From a bacterium (lineage in GTDB: Bacteria > Spirochaetota > Leptospiria > Leptospirales > Leptonemataceae), in assembly GCA_024742665.1 (NCBI GenBank), contig JANSYA010000001.1, positions 570,425 through 634,424 on the forward strand: a DNA stretch of 64,000 bases, read 5' to 3'. Each line of letters opens with the position of its first letter. Position 1 is the first letter of the stretch. The notes under the pieces are model-generated. The model was not told the DNA's origin. It worked only from the letters and a program-made list of their open reading frames with translations, and ran no database searches. Positions 1-8,871 of the stretch are shown here, piece by piece. The position numbers and the translations under genes were made by a program.

Positions 1-23
1 GACAAGTATGTTGTCGAGATGAC

Positions 24-935
24 ATGCCTAATGTCGTTTGGTGGCGCCGGGGAGCCAGAGAAAAAACAGGAGAAATGAAAACAATGATTGAATGGATATT
101 AGTCAACGGTGAGGATTTGCAGTTCGCCGTATTCTTCGGCGCGCTGCTTGTGTTCGGGATGCTGGAAGCTCGCGCTCCGGCGCAGACATCGGCTCGAGTG
201 CAAACAGCGCGCCGGCTGCGCTGGACGCATAATTTTACTTTGACCGCTTTGAATATTGTGGCACTGGGAGCGCTGCCGCTTTCGGGATTGATTGCGGCGG
301 CTTACGCCGACTCCCGGAGCATCGGCCTCTTAAATGAATACGCGACGCCCGCCTGGCTTGCGCTGCTCGCGACTTTGCTCGCGCGGAGTTTTGTTTCGTA
401 TATCATTCATCTATGCAACCATCATATTCCGCTGCTGTGGCGCTTTCATCGCGTACATCATTCGGATCCGGTGCTGGATATTTCGACGACCGTACGATTT
501 CATCCTGCGGAGTTGGCCGTCTCGGCGCTGCCGGTGCTGGCGACGATCGTGGCTCTGGGGCTCCCGGCCTGGGCGCTGCTGGTCTACGAGATTCTCGATG
601 CAGGGGTAAATGTGTTTACGCATGCGAATGTGCGTTTGCCGGACCGGCTGAATCGATTACTATGTTATGTTTTTGTGACACCGGCCATGCATCGAGTCCA
701 TCATTCTTCACGAATGCTGGAAACGAATTCGAATTTCGGCGCGGTCTTTTCGTTCTGGGATCGCCTCTGTGGAACCTACGTGAGCCGAACGCCGTCTGAA
801 CTGGCAGAGCTGCCGATCGGCCTGGAGTACTGGGACGAAGACTGGCGTCAGAGTTTCTGGTGGCTGCTGGGATCTCCAGTCTGGACGCCGGTCGCGAAGT
901 CGGGTCCGCTCGTGGATCGGAAGGTTTCGCTGTGA
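24..935 (+). CDS. Fatty acid hydroxylase / sterol desaturase superfamily membrane protein
   Basis: 303-aa ORF with three histidine boxes typical of di-iron membrane hydroxylases/desaturases (HLCNHH, HRVHHSD, HRVHHSS) and several hydrophobic segments. True start may be the ATG near 78-84. Confidence 0.65.
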   Translation: MPNVVWWRRGAREKTGEMKTMIEWILVNGEDLQFAVFFGALLVFGMLEARAPAQTSARVQTARRLRWTHNFTLTALNIVALGALPLSGLIAAAYADSRSIGLLNEYATPAWLALLATLLARSFVSYIIHLCNHHIPLLWRFHRVHHSDPVLDISTTVRFHPAELAVSALPVLATIVALGLPAWALLVYEILDAGVNVFTHANVRLPDRLNRLLCYVFVTPAMHRVHHSSRMLETNSNFGAVFSFWDRLCGTYVSRTPSELAELPIGLEYWDEDWRQSFWWLLGSPVWTPVAKSGPLVDRKVSL

Positions 936-1280
936 GGTCTCGGAGGCTGCGCGATTCGGCGGCGCTGCGGCGCCTGCACGCCTGGCTTCTTCTCGGTGCG
1001 GGTGGCGAGTTCAGGCCGGAGCGTGCCGCCCGGATCGAAGGCAGGCGCCGCCGTCGTCGCCGGCATCGTCTCCGGCGGATGCTTGCACGGGCGTGGCGAC
1101 ACCGTATGCGTCAGCTCCGCGGCACGTGGACTTTGCCGCACTGAGCCGCTGATATCGTGAAGAAATCACCTGCGCGGAACCCTGAGAGGCAGTCCGTGTA
1201 GGTCGGGGAAGGCGTACTAAAAGGAGGTTAGATCCGCTTAAAGCAGTGGTTCTATTAGTGAAAATGATTTTTCTGGTAAA

Positions 1281-3746
1281 ATGCGCGGTCTTCTACAGAC
1301 ATGCGGCCGGAAGCTCAAGCGCATTGGCCTTGTGCTCGGGATCGCCTCGGCCGTCCTGCTGGCCTGCGCGAATTATTCAACGGAGCCGGGCTATCTGGGC
1401 TTTCTGCTCGCGGCCGGAGGCGACTCCGGGGCCGGCGGGGTTTCCGCAAATCCTGAATTTCAACTCTCCGTCAGCGTAACCGGGATTACAGGCGCGCCCA
1501 CCAATCTGATCGTCCAAAACAGCAACGGCGATACGCTGAGCTTCGGCGCGAACGGCGCTGCTACTTTTGCGACGGCGCTTGTTTCCGGCACGGCTTATTC
1601 GGTGACCATCGCCACTCTGCCCACCGGGCCGGCGCACGCCTGCTCTGTCAGCAGCGGCGTCGGTACGATGGCCGGGGACGTGACCGTAGCTGTGAGCTGT
1701 TCGACTTCCTCATTCGCCGTGCAGGCGGGTGTGAGTGGCCTGGTCGGTACGGTCGTGCTGCAAAACAACGCCGGCGACAATCTAACAGTCAGCGCGAACG
1801 GCACCGCGACGTTCGCGACGGCGCTTGCGGACCTGAGCGCGTACGCCGTGACGGTGCTCACGCAGCCGGCCACGCAAACCTGCGCTGTCAGCGGCGGCGA
1901 CAACGCGGACGGCACCGGTACGATCTCATCGATGAACGAAAGCGTCACCGTAACCTGCGTGACGAATACCTATACAGTGTCCGCCGCTGTGAGCGGTCTG
2001 GTCGGCACGATCGTACTGCAAAACAACGCCGGCGATAATTTAACGATTAACGCGAATGGCACCGCGACTTTCGCGACGCCGATCAACGACGCGACAAATT
2101 ACGCGGTCACGATTTTAACCCAGCCGGCGACGCAAACCTGCGCGGTCTCCGGCGGTGACAATGCGGATGGCACCGGCACAATTTCTTCGATGAACGAAAG
2201 CGTGACCGTGACCTGCGTTACGAATACTTATACGGTCACCGCCAACGTCTCGGGGCTGACCGGCACGCTGGTGCTGCGTAACAACGGCGGCGATAATCTC
2301 ACGGTCACCGCGAATGGCTCGCATGTTTTCGCGACCGCCATTAACGACGGCACCGGATATGCGGTGTCGGTATTTACGCAGCCGACCAACCATACCTGCG
2401 TCGTAACCGGCGGCGACAATGCGCTGGGCGCGGGCACGATCTCTTCGATGAACGAGAGCGTTACGGTCACCTGCGCGCAGACCGCGTTTGTGGTGTCGGC
2501 CACGGTGACGGGTCTGGTGGGCACGCTGGTCTTGCAAAATAACGGCGGCGACAATTTGACGATCACGGCCGACGGCTCGCATAGCTTCGCGACCACTCTC
2601 GCGAACGCCGCGACTTACGCCGTGACTGTATTGAGCAGACCTTCCGCTCAGGTTTGCACGGTTACCGGCGGCGACGACGCGGCGGGCGGCGGCACGATCT
2701 CCTCGATGAACGAGTCGGTGACGGTTACATGTGTGACCACCGCGCCTTCACCGCTCACGAATGTGCAGAGCGGCTCGATCACGATGAGCTCGGCCACGCA
2801 GAACGTGGCCGTAACGCCGGTGGTCATGAGCCGCTCGTTCGTCGTCTGTTATGTTCGTACAAGCGAATCATCCGCGTATTATCAACCGAGCTGTCAGCTC
2901 TCGGCCACGAACCAGGTGACCATTCAGTCGAATCAGGCGCTCGCAACCGCCGTTGTGCAGTGGTATCTGGTGGAATTTACATCGGGCGTGAGTGTACAGC
3001 GCGGTTCGACCACTCTCGCGGGCGGTTCCAGCACTTCGAACGTGACAATCGCGAGCTCGGCGGTCAATAAGTCTTTCGTTGTTTCGACGACGCGTATCAA
3101 CTTGAACAGTACCGGCGCCGATGAACAGCGCACCGTGCGTGCTCGGCTTACCTCCGCGACCAATCTGGAGCTTTCCCGTAACGAAAACACGAACGCCGTA
3201 GTCGTCGAGTGGCAGGTCGTCTATATGGATGCGGCCTTCGTGCAGTCCGGAATTTCGACGATCGCCGGGGGCAGCGGTTCGGCCACAGTCAGTCTGCCGA
3301 CGTCGGTTGATTTGAGCCGGACTTTCGTTCTCACGAATGTTCGGGTAGATGCTGCCAGCAATGGCGGCGATGACGACTACTTTGTCCGGGCCACTCTGTC
3401 CGGAACCAATACTCTGAACTTAAATCGCTTCGCCAGCGCGAGCGCATCGGTGGAGGTCGCGTATTTCGTGGTGGAGATGACCGACGGCAGCTCGGTCCAG
3501 GCGGGCGCCGTGACCACGCCCTTTAATACGACGACTACTATGAGCGCGACGCTCTCGCCGGCCATCGTGCTCAGCCGCTCCGTGCCATTCTTCGGCATCT
3601 CAGTTGGATCGGCCAGCACCCTGCACGTGGATTCGGGATCGTTTACGCCGAATTTCACCAGCACGACCGGACTGCAGTTTACGCGTGTATCGGCCCAGAG
3701 CGTTTCCGCCGCCACTTACTACTACGTGGTTCAGTTTACGCCGTGA
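1281..3746 (+). CDS. Large tandem-repeat lipoprotein (hypothetical surface protein)
   Basis: 821-aa ORF. N-terminus MRGLLQTCGRKLKRIGLVLGIASAVLLAC has a basic n-region, hydrophobic core and lipobox-like LLAC. Five ~86-aa tandem repeats with two conserved Cys each (…VLQNN.GDNLT..ANG..FAT…Y.VT.LTQP…TC.VSGGDN..G.GTISSMNESVTVTC) precede a ~330-aa Ser/Thr/Val-rich C-terminal domain. Confidence 0.75.
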   Translation: MRGLLQTCGRKLKRIGLVLGIASAVLLACANYSTEPGYLGFLLAAGGDSGAGGVSANPEFQLSVSVTGITGAPTNLIVQNSNGDTLSFGANGAATFATALVSGTAYSVTIATLPTGPAHACSVSSGVGTMAGDVTVAVSCSTSSFAVQAGVSGLVGTVVLQNNAGDNLTVSANGTATFATALADLSAYAVTVLTQPATQTCAVSGGDNADGTGTISSMNESVTVTCVTNTYTVSAAVSGLVGTIVLQNNAGDNLTINANGTATFATPINDATNYAVTILTQPATQTCAVSGGDNADGTGTISSMNESVTVTCVTNTYTVTANVSGLTGTLVLRNNGGDNLTVTANGSHVFATAINDGTGYAVSVFTQPTNHTCVVTGGDNALGAGTISSMNESVTVTCAQTAFVVSATVTGLVGTLVLQNNGGDNLTITADGSHSFATTLANAATYAVTVLSRPSAQVCTVTGGDDAAGGGTISSMNESVTVTCVTTAPSPLTNVQSGSITMSSATQNVAVTPVVMSRSFVVCYVRTSESSAYYQPSCQLSATNQVTIQSNQALATAVVQWYLVEFTSGVSVQRGSTTLAGGSSTSNVTIASSAVNKSFVVSTTRINLNSTGADEQRTVRARLTSATNLELSRNENTNAVVVEWQVVYMDAAFVQSGISTIAGGSGSATVSLPTSVDLSRTFVLTNVRVDAASNGGDDDYFVRATLSGTNTLNLNRFASASASVEVAYFVVEMTDGSSVQAGAVTTPFNTTTTMSATLSPAIVLSRSVPFFGISVGSASTLHVDSGSFTPNFTSTTGLQFTRVSAQSVSAATYYYVVQFTP
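1470..2760. repeat. Tandem 258-bp (86-codon) coding repeats, ~5 copies, inside the lipoprotein gene
   Basis: Repeat units recognisable at about 1473, 1731, 1989, 2247 and 2505 (each begins gtgag(t/c)gg(c/t)ctggtcgg(t/c)acg). Copies are 80-90% identical at the protein level. Confidence 0.8.
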
Positions 3747-3816
3747 GCGGCGCGCAGCGCTGCGAAATATATAGAGCGCGCAGCGCTGTGCGATGCGAAT
3801 TCTGCGACGCGCCGAA

Positions 3817-3868
3817 TCACGCCAGCGCTAAGACGCTCTGATTTACGCCAGCGCTAAGACACTGTCGA
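3817..3868. repeat. Tandem duplication of the gltX 3' terminus (two copies of acgccagcgctaagac(g/a)ct)
   Basis: Copy 1 at 3819-3838 and copy 2 at 3845-3864. Both encode …SVLALA-stop on the minus strand. Copy 2 is the actual gltX end; copy 1 lies just downstream. Confidence 0.6.
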
Positions 3869-5489
3869 TGCGCCGCGCGACGGCCTCGTAGCCGAGCAGA
3901 GCGAAGAGCGTGGGCAGTTCGAGGCCCTGCATCGTTCCCGTGACGGCGATGCGGATCGGCATGAACAGGCCGCGGCCTTTCGCGCCGGTCTGTTCGCCTG
4001 CGGCTTTCATTAAGGCGGAGTACTCTTCGGCCTCGGTCGGCTTCTTTTCCAGACACAGATCCCGGAAGGCGGTGACGGCCTGCTTCGCAAGATCGTCGCC
4101 GATTAGCGCGCGGGCTTCGTCGCTTTCGACTTCGATGCTTTCGCGAAAGAGTTCGCGCACATAGGCCGGGAATTCATCGAGAGTGTCGAGATAGACCTTT
4201 ACCGATTCGAAGGTCTGCTTGATCTTCGATTCATTTTCGCCCGAGTCGAGCAGCTTCTTGATCTGCGCATCTTTTTCCAGAAAGACCAGCAGCTCCGGCC
4301 ACAGACGTTCGATGGGCAGGTCGCGAATATATTTATTGTTCAGCCAGTTGAGTTTCGACTTCTTGTTGATGAATTTTTCGAGTTCCTGACGGCTCAGCTT
4401 CGTGGGATCGAAGTCTTCGGGTTCGGCCGCGTCGGCGCCTGCGTCGTTCTTTTCGTCCGGCTGCTTTTGTTGATTTTTTCCACCCTTGCCGCCTTTCGCG
4501 TTTTTGTTGTTGCCTTTATCTTTTCTGCCTTTGTCGATCAAAAAGAAATCGAACATGGCCGGCGCCTTCGAGCACTGCGCGACGTCGAATTTTTTCGCCA
4601 GATCGTCTCCGGGCATGTACTCCACGCCGTCTTTCGGATACCAGCCGAGCAAAGCCATGTAGTTCGATACCGCTTCCGGTAAATAGCCCAGTTCGCGGAA
4701 AAATAGAACGCTCGCCGCCCCGCGTCGTTTCGAGAGCTTCTTTTTGTCGGAGCCTACGATTTCGGAAATGTGGCTGTAGGCCGGCAGCGGAAGATCCAGC
4801 GCTTCGTGAATCAGAATCTGGCGGGGGGTATTCGAAAGATGGCCCACGCCGCGCACGACGTGATTGATTTTCATTTCGGCGTCGTCGATGACCACGGCGA
4901 AGTTGTACGACGGAAAGCCGTTGGATTTTACGATAATAAAATCGCCGATCAGCCGCGAATCGAATTTTACGCGGCCCTGCACGGCGTCCTCGACTACGAT
5001 CTCGCGCGATTCGACGCGAAAACGGATTGCGAATTGTTCGCCGGCCGCTTTGCGTTCGGCGACTTCCTCTTCCGAAAGTCCGCGGCACTTGCCGTCGTAG
5101 ACATGGGGCAATCCCAGGGCTTTGGATTTCTCCTGCTTCGCGCCCAGTTCGGCGTCGGTGCAAAAGCAGGGGTAGGCCTGCTTCGCTTTCACCAGGCGCT
5201 CGACGTAGCCGTTGTACGTGGTCAGGCGCTCCGACTGGCGATAGGGGGTATACGGACCGCCGGCCAGTACGCCTTCGTCTTCGTTGATGCCCAGCCACTT
5301 CATGGAATCGAGAATCAGCACTTCGCTTTCTGCGCTGGAACGTTCCTGGTCGGTGTCTTCGACGCGTACGATAAACTGCCCGCCGGTCGCCTTCGCGTAC
5401 AGGTAGTTGAACAGGGCGGTGCGGGCGCCGCCGATGTGGAGATAGCCCGTGGGGGACGGGGCGAATCGGGTACGAACGGGATCGGTCAT
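3843..5489 (-). CDS. gltX: Glutamate--tRNA ligase (GluRS)
   Basis: 548-aa ORF with class I aaRS HIGH motif (PTGYLHIGGARTALFNY) and KMSKS-type KLSKR. Full catalytic plus anticodon-binding length. Contains a ~45-aa Lys/Gly-rich then acidic insert. Confidence 0.9.
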   Translation of the reverse strand: MTDPVRTRFAPSPTGYLHIGGARTALFNYLYAKATGGQFIVRVEDTDQERSSAESEVLILDSMKWLGINEDEGVLAGGPYTPYRQSERLTTYNGYVERLVKAKQAYPCFCTDAELGAKQEKSKALGLPHVYDGKCRGLSEEEVAERKAAGEQFAIRFRVESREIVVEDAVQGRVKFDSRLIGDFIIVKSNGFPSYNFAVVIDDAEMKINHVVRGVGHLSNTPRQILIHEALDLPLPAYSHISEIVGSDKKKLSKRRGAASVLFFRELGYLPEAVSNYMALLGWYPKDGVEYMPGDDLAKKFDVAQCSKAPAMFDFFLIDKGRKDKGNNKNAKGGKGGKNQQKQPDEKNDAGADAAEPEDFDPTKLSRQELEKFINKKSKLNWLNNKYIRDLPIERLWPELLVFLEKDAQIKKLLDSGENESKIKQTFESVKVYLDTLDEFPAYVRELFRESIEVESDEARALIGDDLAKQAVTAFRDLCLEKKPTEAEEYSALMKAAGEQTGAKGRGLFMPIRIAVTGTMQGLELPTLFALLGYEAVARRIDSVLALA

Positions 5490-5594
5490 GATAGGTGCCA
5501 GTGCATGAGATGGACTGCCGGTGTAAATCGATTCTAGAGCGCGCAGCGCTCTAGTACGGCTCTGCCTCCGGCAGAGTTGCGAGCGCTTTGCGCT

Positions 5595-6080
5595 CTAGTA
5601 CAGCTTCTGCATCCAGCGGGTCAGGCCGGCTTTGAAAACCTGGAGCACTACGGTATAGCTGCCGTTTTCTTCGGGATGGACCAACACGACTTTGCCTTCG
5701 GCCTCGACGAGACGGCGAATCTCCTCGCGGCCGTAGTATCCGATGCGCGAAGAAATAACGCGTTCGCTTTGCATGAGTTCCGTCGCGCGCTGCTTGCCCG
5801 AGTCTTCCCCGAGAATGCGGGCTTCGTCCCGGTCGCCTGCCAGCACGGTGACGTGAACCTGGTAGCTGTTGCTGGAGATCAAACCCTCCCGGCGATAGTG
5901 AGCGGGTAAAGTCGAGTCCGTCGGCAGTCCGCCGCCGCCTTCCAGTTCTACGAAGGGCGGCCGATCGCTGCGGGAATCATTCGCCTGACCGCTCAGGCAC
6001 GCCGTGACATTCCCGATCACCAGCAGGCACAGGCAGGCCAGGCTCAGGTTGCGGATCTTTCTGATCTGTGCGGGCCCCAA
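5595..6080 (-). CDS. Hypothetical lipoprotein
   Basis: In-frame TTG at 6080 gives MGPAQIRKIRNLSLACLCLLVIGNVTAC, a signal peptide with lipobox-like VTAC. The ORF track extends the frame to 6272. No recognisable domain. Confidence 0.45.
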   Translation of the reverse strand: MGPAQIRKIRNLSLACLCLLVIGNVTACLSGQANDSRSDRPPFVELEGGGGLPTDSTLPAHYRREGLISSNSYQVHVTVLAGDRDEARILGEDSGKQRATELMQSERVISSRIGYYGREEIRRLVEAEGKVVLVHPEENGSYTVVLQVFKAGLTRWMQKLY

Positions 6081-6082
6081 CT

Positions 6083-6799
6083 TCAATATCCCGGCGTTTG
6101 CAGGAGCGGAGCCGTTGCGTCCCCGGGGGGGTTGGCTGGATTGTCTTCTGGCGACTCGCGTTGTATGCGCCACTGTCTCTGGTTCTCCGGTTGGAAGGTC
6201 AGGCGTACCGCACGGATTTCCGCCGGCAGATCCCGGTCGCCCGCGCTTTCGATGCGAAAGACGACCGAACAAGCGTCCCGGCTACGATTTTCCTGTAAAG
6301 CAATGAATCCCCGATTCAGCAGGGCGCGGAAATCGACTTCCGCTCGAATCAAATCCCGGGGCGTGAATGCAAAGGGATAGTCCCGATCGAAGGTCGCCGA
6401 CCCCAGCTCCAGTTCGGTGGGTTGATTCGAGATAAGATCCAGGCGGGTGTGCAGCATAACCCGCAGGCTGCGTTCACGGGCCACGCGTTCCGCGGCGCTC
6501 AGGCAGAGTCGGCGACCGCCCTCGGTGCCCCGGGAGGTTTCGTTTACGCCGGTCGATCCGATGGTTTGCAAAACGTGTTTTGAAAGAAAGCCTTCGTCCT
6601 GGAAATTGTAGGTGACGTGGCGTTTTTCCAGAAAGCGGGACGGCTGGCAGCCGGAGGCCGTCGTCGCTGTCATCGCGACCAAACAGACGAACGCGACGCG
6701 CGGAAGCACAGGACGAGACCCGGCGGCGGCTCGTCGATCGCGGTGTTGAGCGCTCGTCAGATTCTCTGCGGCGGCGGTCTCAAATTTCACGCGGAGCAT
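6083..6799 (-). CDS. Hypothetical lipoprotein
   Basis: 238-aa ORF with signal peptide …PRVAFVCLVAMTATTASGC (lipobox-like ASGC). The start may be internal. Sits tandem with the next lipoprotein between rumA-like and gltX. Confidence 0.45.
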   Translation of the reverse strand: MLRVKFETAAAENLTSAQHRDRRAAAGSRPVLPRVAFVCLVAMTATTASGCQPSRFLEKRHVTYNFQDEGFLSKHVLQTIGSTGVNETSRGTEGGRRLCLSAAERVARERSLRVMLHTRLDLISNQPTELELGSATFDRDYPFAFTPRDLIRAEVDFRALLNRGFIALQENRSRDACSVVFRIESAGDRDLPAEIRAVRLTFQPENQRQWRIQRESPEDNPANPPGDATAPLLQTPGY

Positions 6800-6816
6800 G
6801 CCGTCATATTGAGAGT

Positions 6817-8223
6817 TTAGCTTTCTCGCTCAAGAAGAATCAGCACTTCCAGGTGCGGCGTGCGCGGGAAAAAATCGAAGACTTCGACCGCCTGGGCAAC
6901 GTAGCCGCGCTCCAGGAATTTGCCCAGATCGCGGTTGAGAGTCGCGGGATTGCAGCTCGAGTACAGAATCGTGCCGACGCCGGCTTCGGCCAGCAGCGGG
7001 ATCTGCTTTTGATTCATGCCGGCCCGCGGGGGATTGATCAGGGCCAGGCCGGTACCGCGCGGCACCGGCACCGGCCGGCGATACAGGTCGGTGTTTTCGA
7101 AACGGCCTTCGTAGCCGCGGCGCTTGAAGTTGCCCCGGGCCGCCTTCAAGCCGGTCGGAGCATTATCGTAGCCCAGATAATCTCCAAGCAGATCGCGCAT
7201 ATTGCCGCCGAGCAGACCGCTGCCGCAGAAGAGTTCGAGCGTCGCCGGTCGAGCGCCGTCGCTTTCGGAATCTTTCGCGGCGGTCGGAGCGCCGCGGCTA
7301 TCGCGATCGCCAAGCATGCGCCGCGCGGCCTGCAGCCAATCGGAAAGTAAAAACTGATTCGCCTGGAAAAACGCGCCGCCCGGAATCGTCCAGGGCCGGC
7401 CGTCGACTTCGACGGGATCGTCCAGATCCAACTGCAATACGTGATGGCGCGGATTCGCCGAGCGCTTCGCCCGATCGTTGGCTTTCGTGTCGGCGCTGCC
7501 CGTCGTCGCGCTGGCGGCGCTTGCGCGTTCGTTCGGGCTTCCGTCGTCGCCCGTCGTCGCGGTTTCGTTCGCTGCGCTGTCGTCTTTTGCGCGAGCGTCA
7601 GAGTTTGCGTCGCTGGATGCGTTCGCTTCTGAGATCTCTTTTATTTCTTCAAGGATCGCCGCGTTCAAGTCGGGAGCGAGCTGGCGACAGCCCGCATCGC
7701 CGGGCAGTGGCACGATGCGATTGCTGTGCAGTTCGTAAAAGCCAGGCGGCGTGGTTTTCGTTTCACGATGCAGACGCGCCCGCGTGCGATAGCCGTTCGG
7801 CTCGCCGGAGTGCACCTGGAACTGATCGCGTTCGCGGGCGATGTCGATGCAGTTCTGCAAAGATTGAAACTCGGCGATCAGACGCAGCTTGAGTTCGACT
7901 TCGCTTTGATAATCGATGTGGCGAAACGAGCAGCCGCCGCAGCGGGGAAAGACCGCGCAGTCGGATTGCAATCGCTCCGGCGCCGGCTGCTCGACCTTTT
8001 CGACCAGTCCGAAGCAGTGGCGATTGTTCGAGCGGGTGACGCGGGCCTGCACGTCTTCGCCGGGCAGCGCGCCGTGTAAAAAGATGGGAAAGCCCTGTTT
8101 GTTTTCGCTTTCGGGACGGGGCGCGTCAAGATAGCCCAGGCAGAAACCCTGCTGGACCCACTTCTGCGCCCGGACGGACACAAGATCGCCGACTGCGGGG
8201 CCGGCGGATATTTCTTCGGACAT
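6817..8223 (-). CDS. rlmD: 23S rRNA (uracil-C5)-methyltransferase RlmD/RumA family (TRAM + Fe-S + SAM MTase)
   Basis: N-terminal TRAM-like region. Cys cluster FPRCGGCSFRH. MTase motifs LELFCGSGLLG and ILYSSCNPATL. A ~60-aa Ala/Ser/Asp-rich low-complexity insert is present. Confidence 0.75.
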   Translation of the reverse strand: MSEEISAGPAVGDLVSVRAQKWVQQGFCLGYLDAPRPESENKQGFPIFLHGALPGEDVQARVTRSNNRHCFGLVEKVEQPAPERLQSDCAVFPRCGGCSFRHIDYQSEVELKLRLIAEFQSLQNCIDIARERDQFQVHSGEPNGYRTRARLHRETKTTPPGFYELHSNRIVPLPGDAGCRQLAPDLNAAILEEIKEISEANASSDANSDARAKDDSAANETATTGDDGSPNERASAASATTGSADTKANDRAKRSANPRHHVLQLDLDDPVEVDGRPWTIPGGAFFQANQFLLSDWLQAARRMLGDRDSRGAPTAAKDSESDGARPATLELFCGSGLLGGNMRDLLGDYLGYDNAPTGLKAARGNFKRRGYEGRFENTDLYRRPVPVPRGTGLALINPPRAGMNQKQIPLLAEAGVGTILYSSCNPATLNRDLGKFLERGYVAQAVEVFDFFPRTPHLEVLILLERES

Positions 8224-8225
8224 GT

Positions 8226-8549
8226 TCAGGATTCCTGGAACAGGCGGGTCTGATCCGTGCTGTTCTCGTCGGCGTCGTCGTTTTCGACTTCCGATTCACC
8301 GCTGAGAATTGGTTTTTTCTCAAGCGATCCGTCGCTGCGGCGTTCCAGATACTCAAGCTTCTTTTCGGCGCGCGATAGCATCTCGGTGCAAATCTTGCGC
8401 AGCTCCATTCCCGATTCGTAGGCCTTGATCGATTCGTCCAGGCTCATGGCGCCGCTTTCGAGTTTGCGGGTGATCTCTTCGAGCTGTTCGATGGCCTCTT
8501 CGAAACCGATTTCGTTTTTGGAGGCGGAGTCTTTGGTTTTGCGGGGCAT
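8226..8549 (-). CDS. xseB: Exodeoxyribonuclease VII small subunit
   Basis: 107 aa; EAIEQLEEITRKLESGAMSLDESIKAYESGMELRKIC matches the XseB core. Acidic C-terminal tail. Confidence 0.8.
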   Translation of the reverse strand: MPRKTKDSASKNEIGFEEAIEQLEEITRKLESGAMSLDESIKAYESGMELRKICTEMLSRAEKKLEYLERRSDGSLEKKPILSGESEVENDDADENSTDQTRLFQES

Positions 8550-8871
8550 GGCTTTAGCGTGCGGTCGGCTGCCATCCCGTTATGGGGCGTCAGCGATGCG
8601 CTGCATCAAAGCATTGGCCGGGCGCTTGCGGTGACAAGTAAAATCCTGCGGTGCTACACCGGGGCGATTGCCGCCAGGCCGGGCAGCGTGCCGACACTCA
8701 GACGCGACTGTATGGAGTGCGCGGCGCAGTCGCCAGAATTCCCGGCGAGCGCATCAAAACGCGAATGCGGGTGTCGTTAATACTGGTGATATCTTCGACT
8801 GCTGGTGTGCGTACTTTTTTTGATGCTGCACCGCACATAGCGGCAAATTTTATTGAAGTCGAATCGAAGGG

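Noticed and set aside
1215-1230. Strong Shine-Dalgarno-like aaaaggagg as start signal for an unannotated gene
   Set aside because: No plausible start codon or ORF with protein-like composition follows at 5-10 nt. The 77-aa ORF at 1246 is in a shadow frame of the lipoprotein gene.
1470-2760. CRISPR array
   Set aside because: The only long regular repeats are 258-bp protein-coding repeats within an intact ORF. There are no short repeat-spacer arrays or cas genes anywhere in the window.
4516-5298. Long Arg/Pro/Gly-rich ORFs in alternative frames (e.g. 4516-5298 -, 10489-11301 +, 10653-11198 -, 17512-18018 -, 50314-50922 -)
   Set aside because: Typical high-GC shadow ORFs overlapping well-supported genes (gltX, nei, FAD-oxidoreductase, propeller protein). 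Their composition is biased and non-protein-like and they lack motifs.
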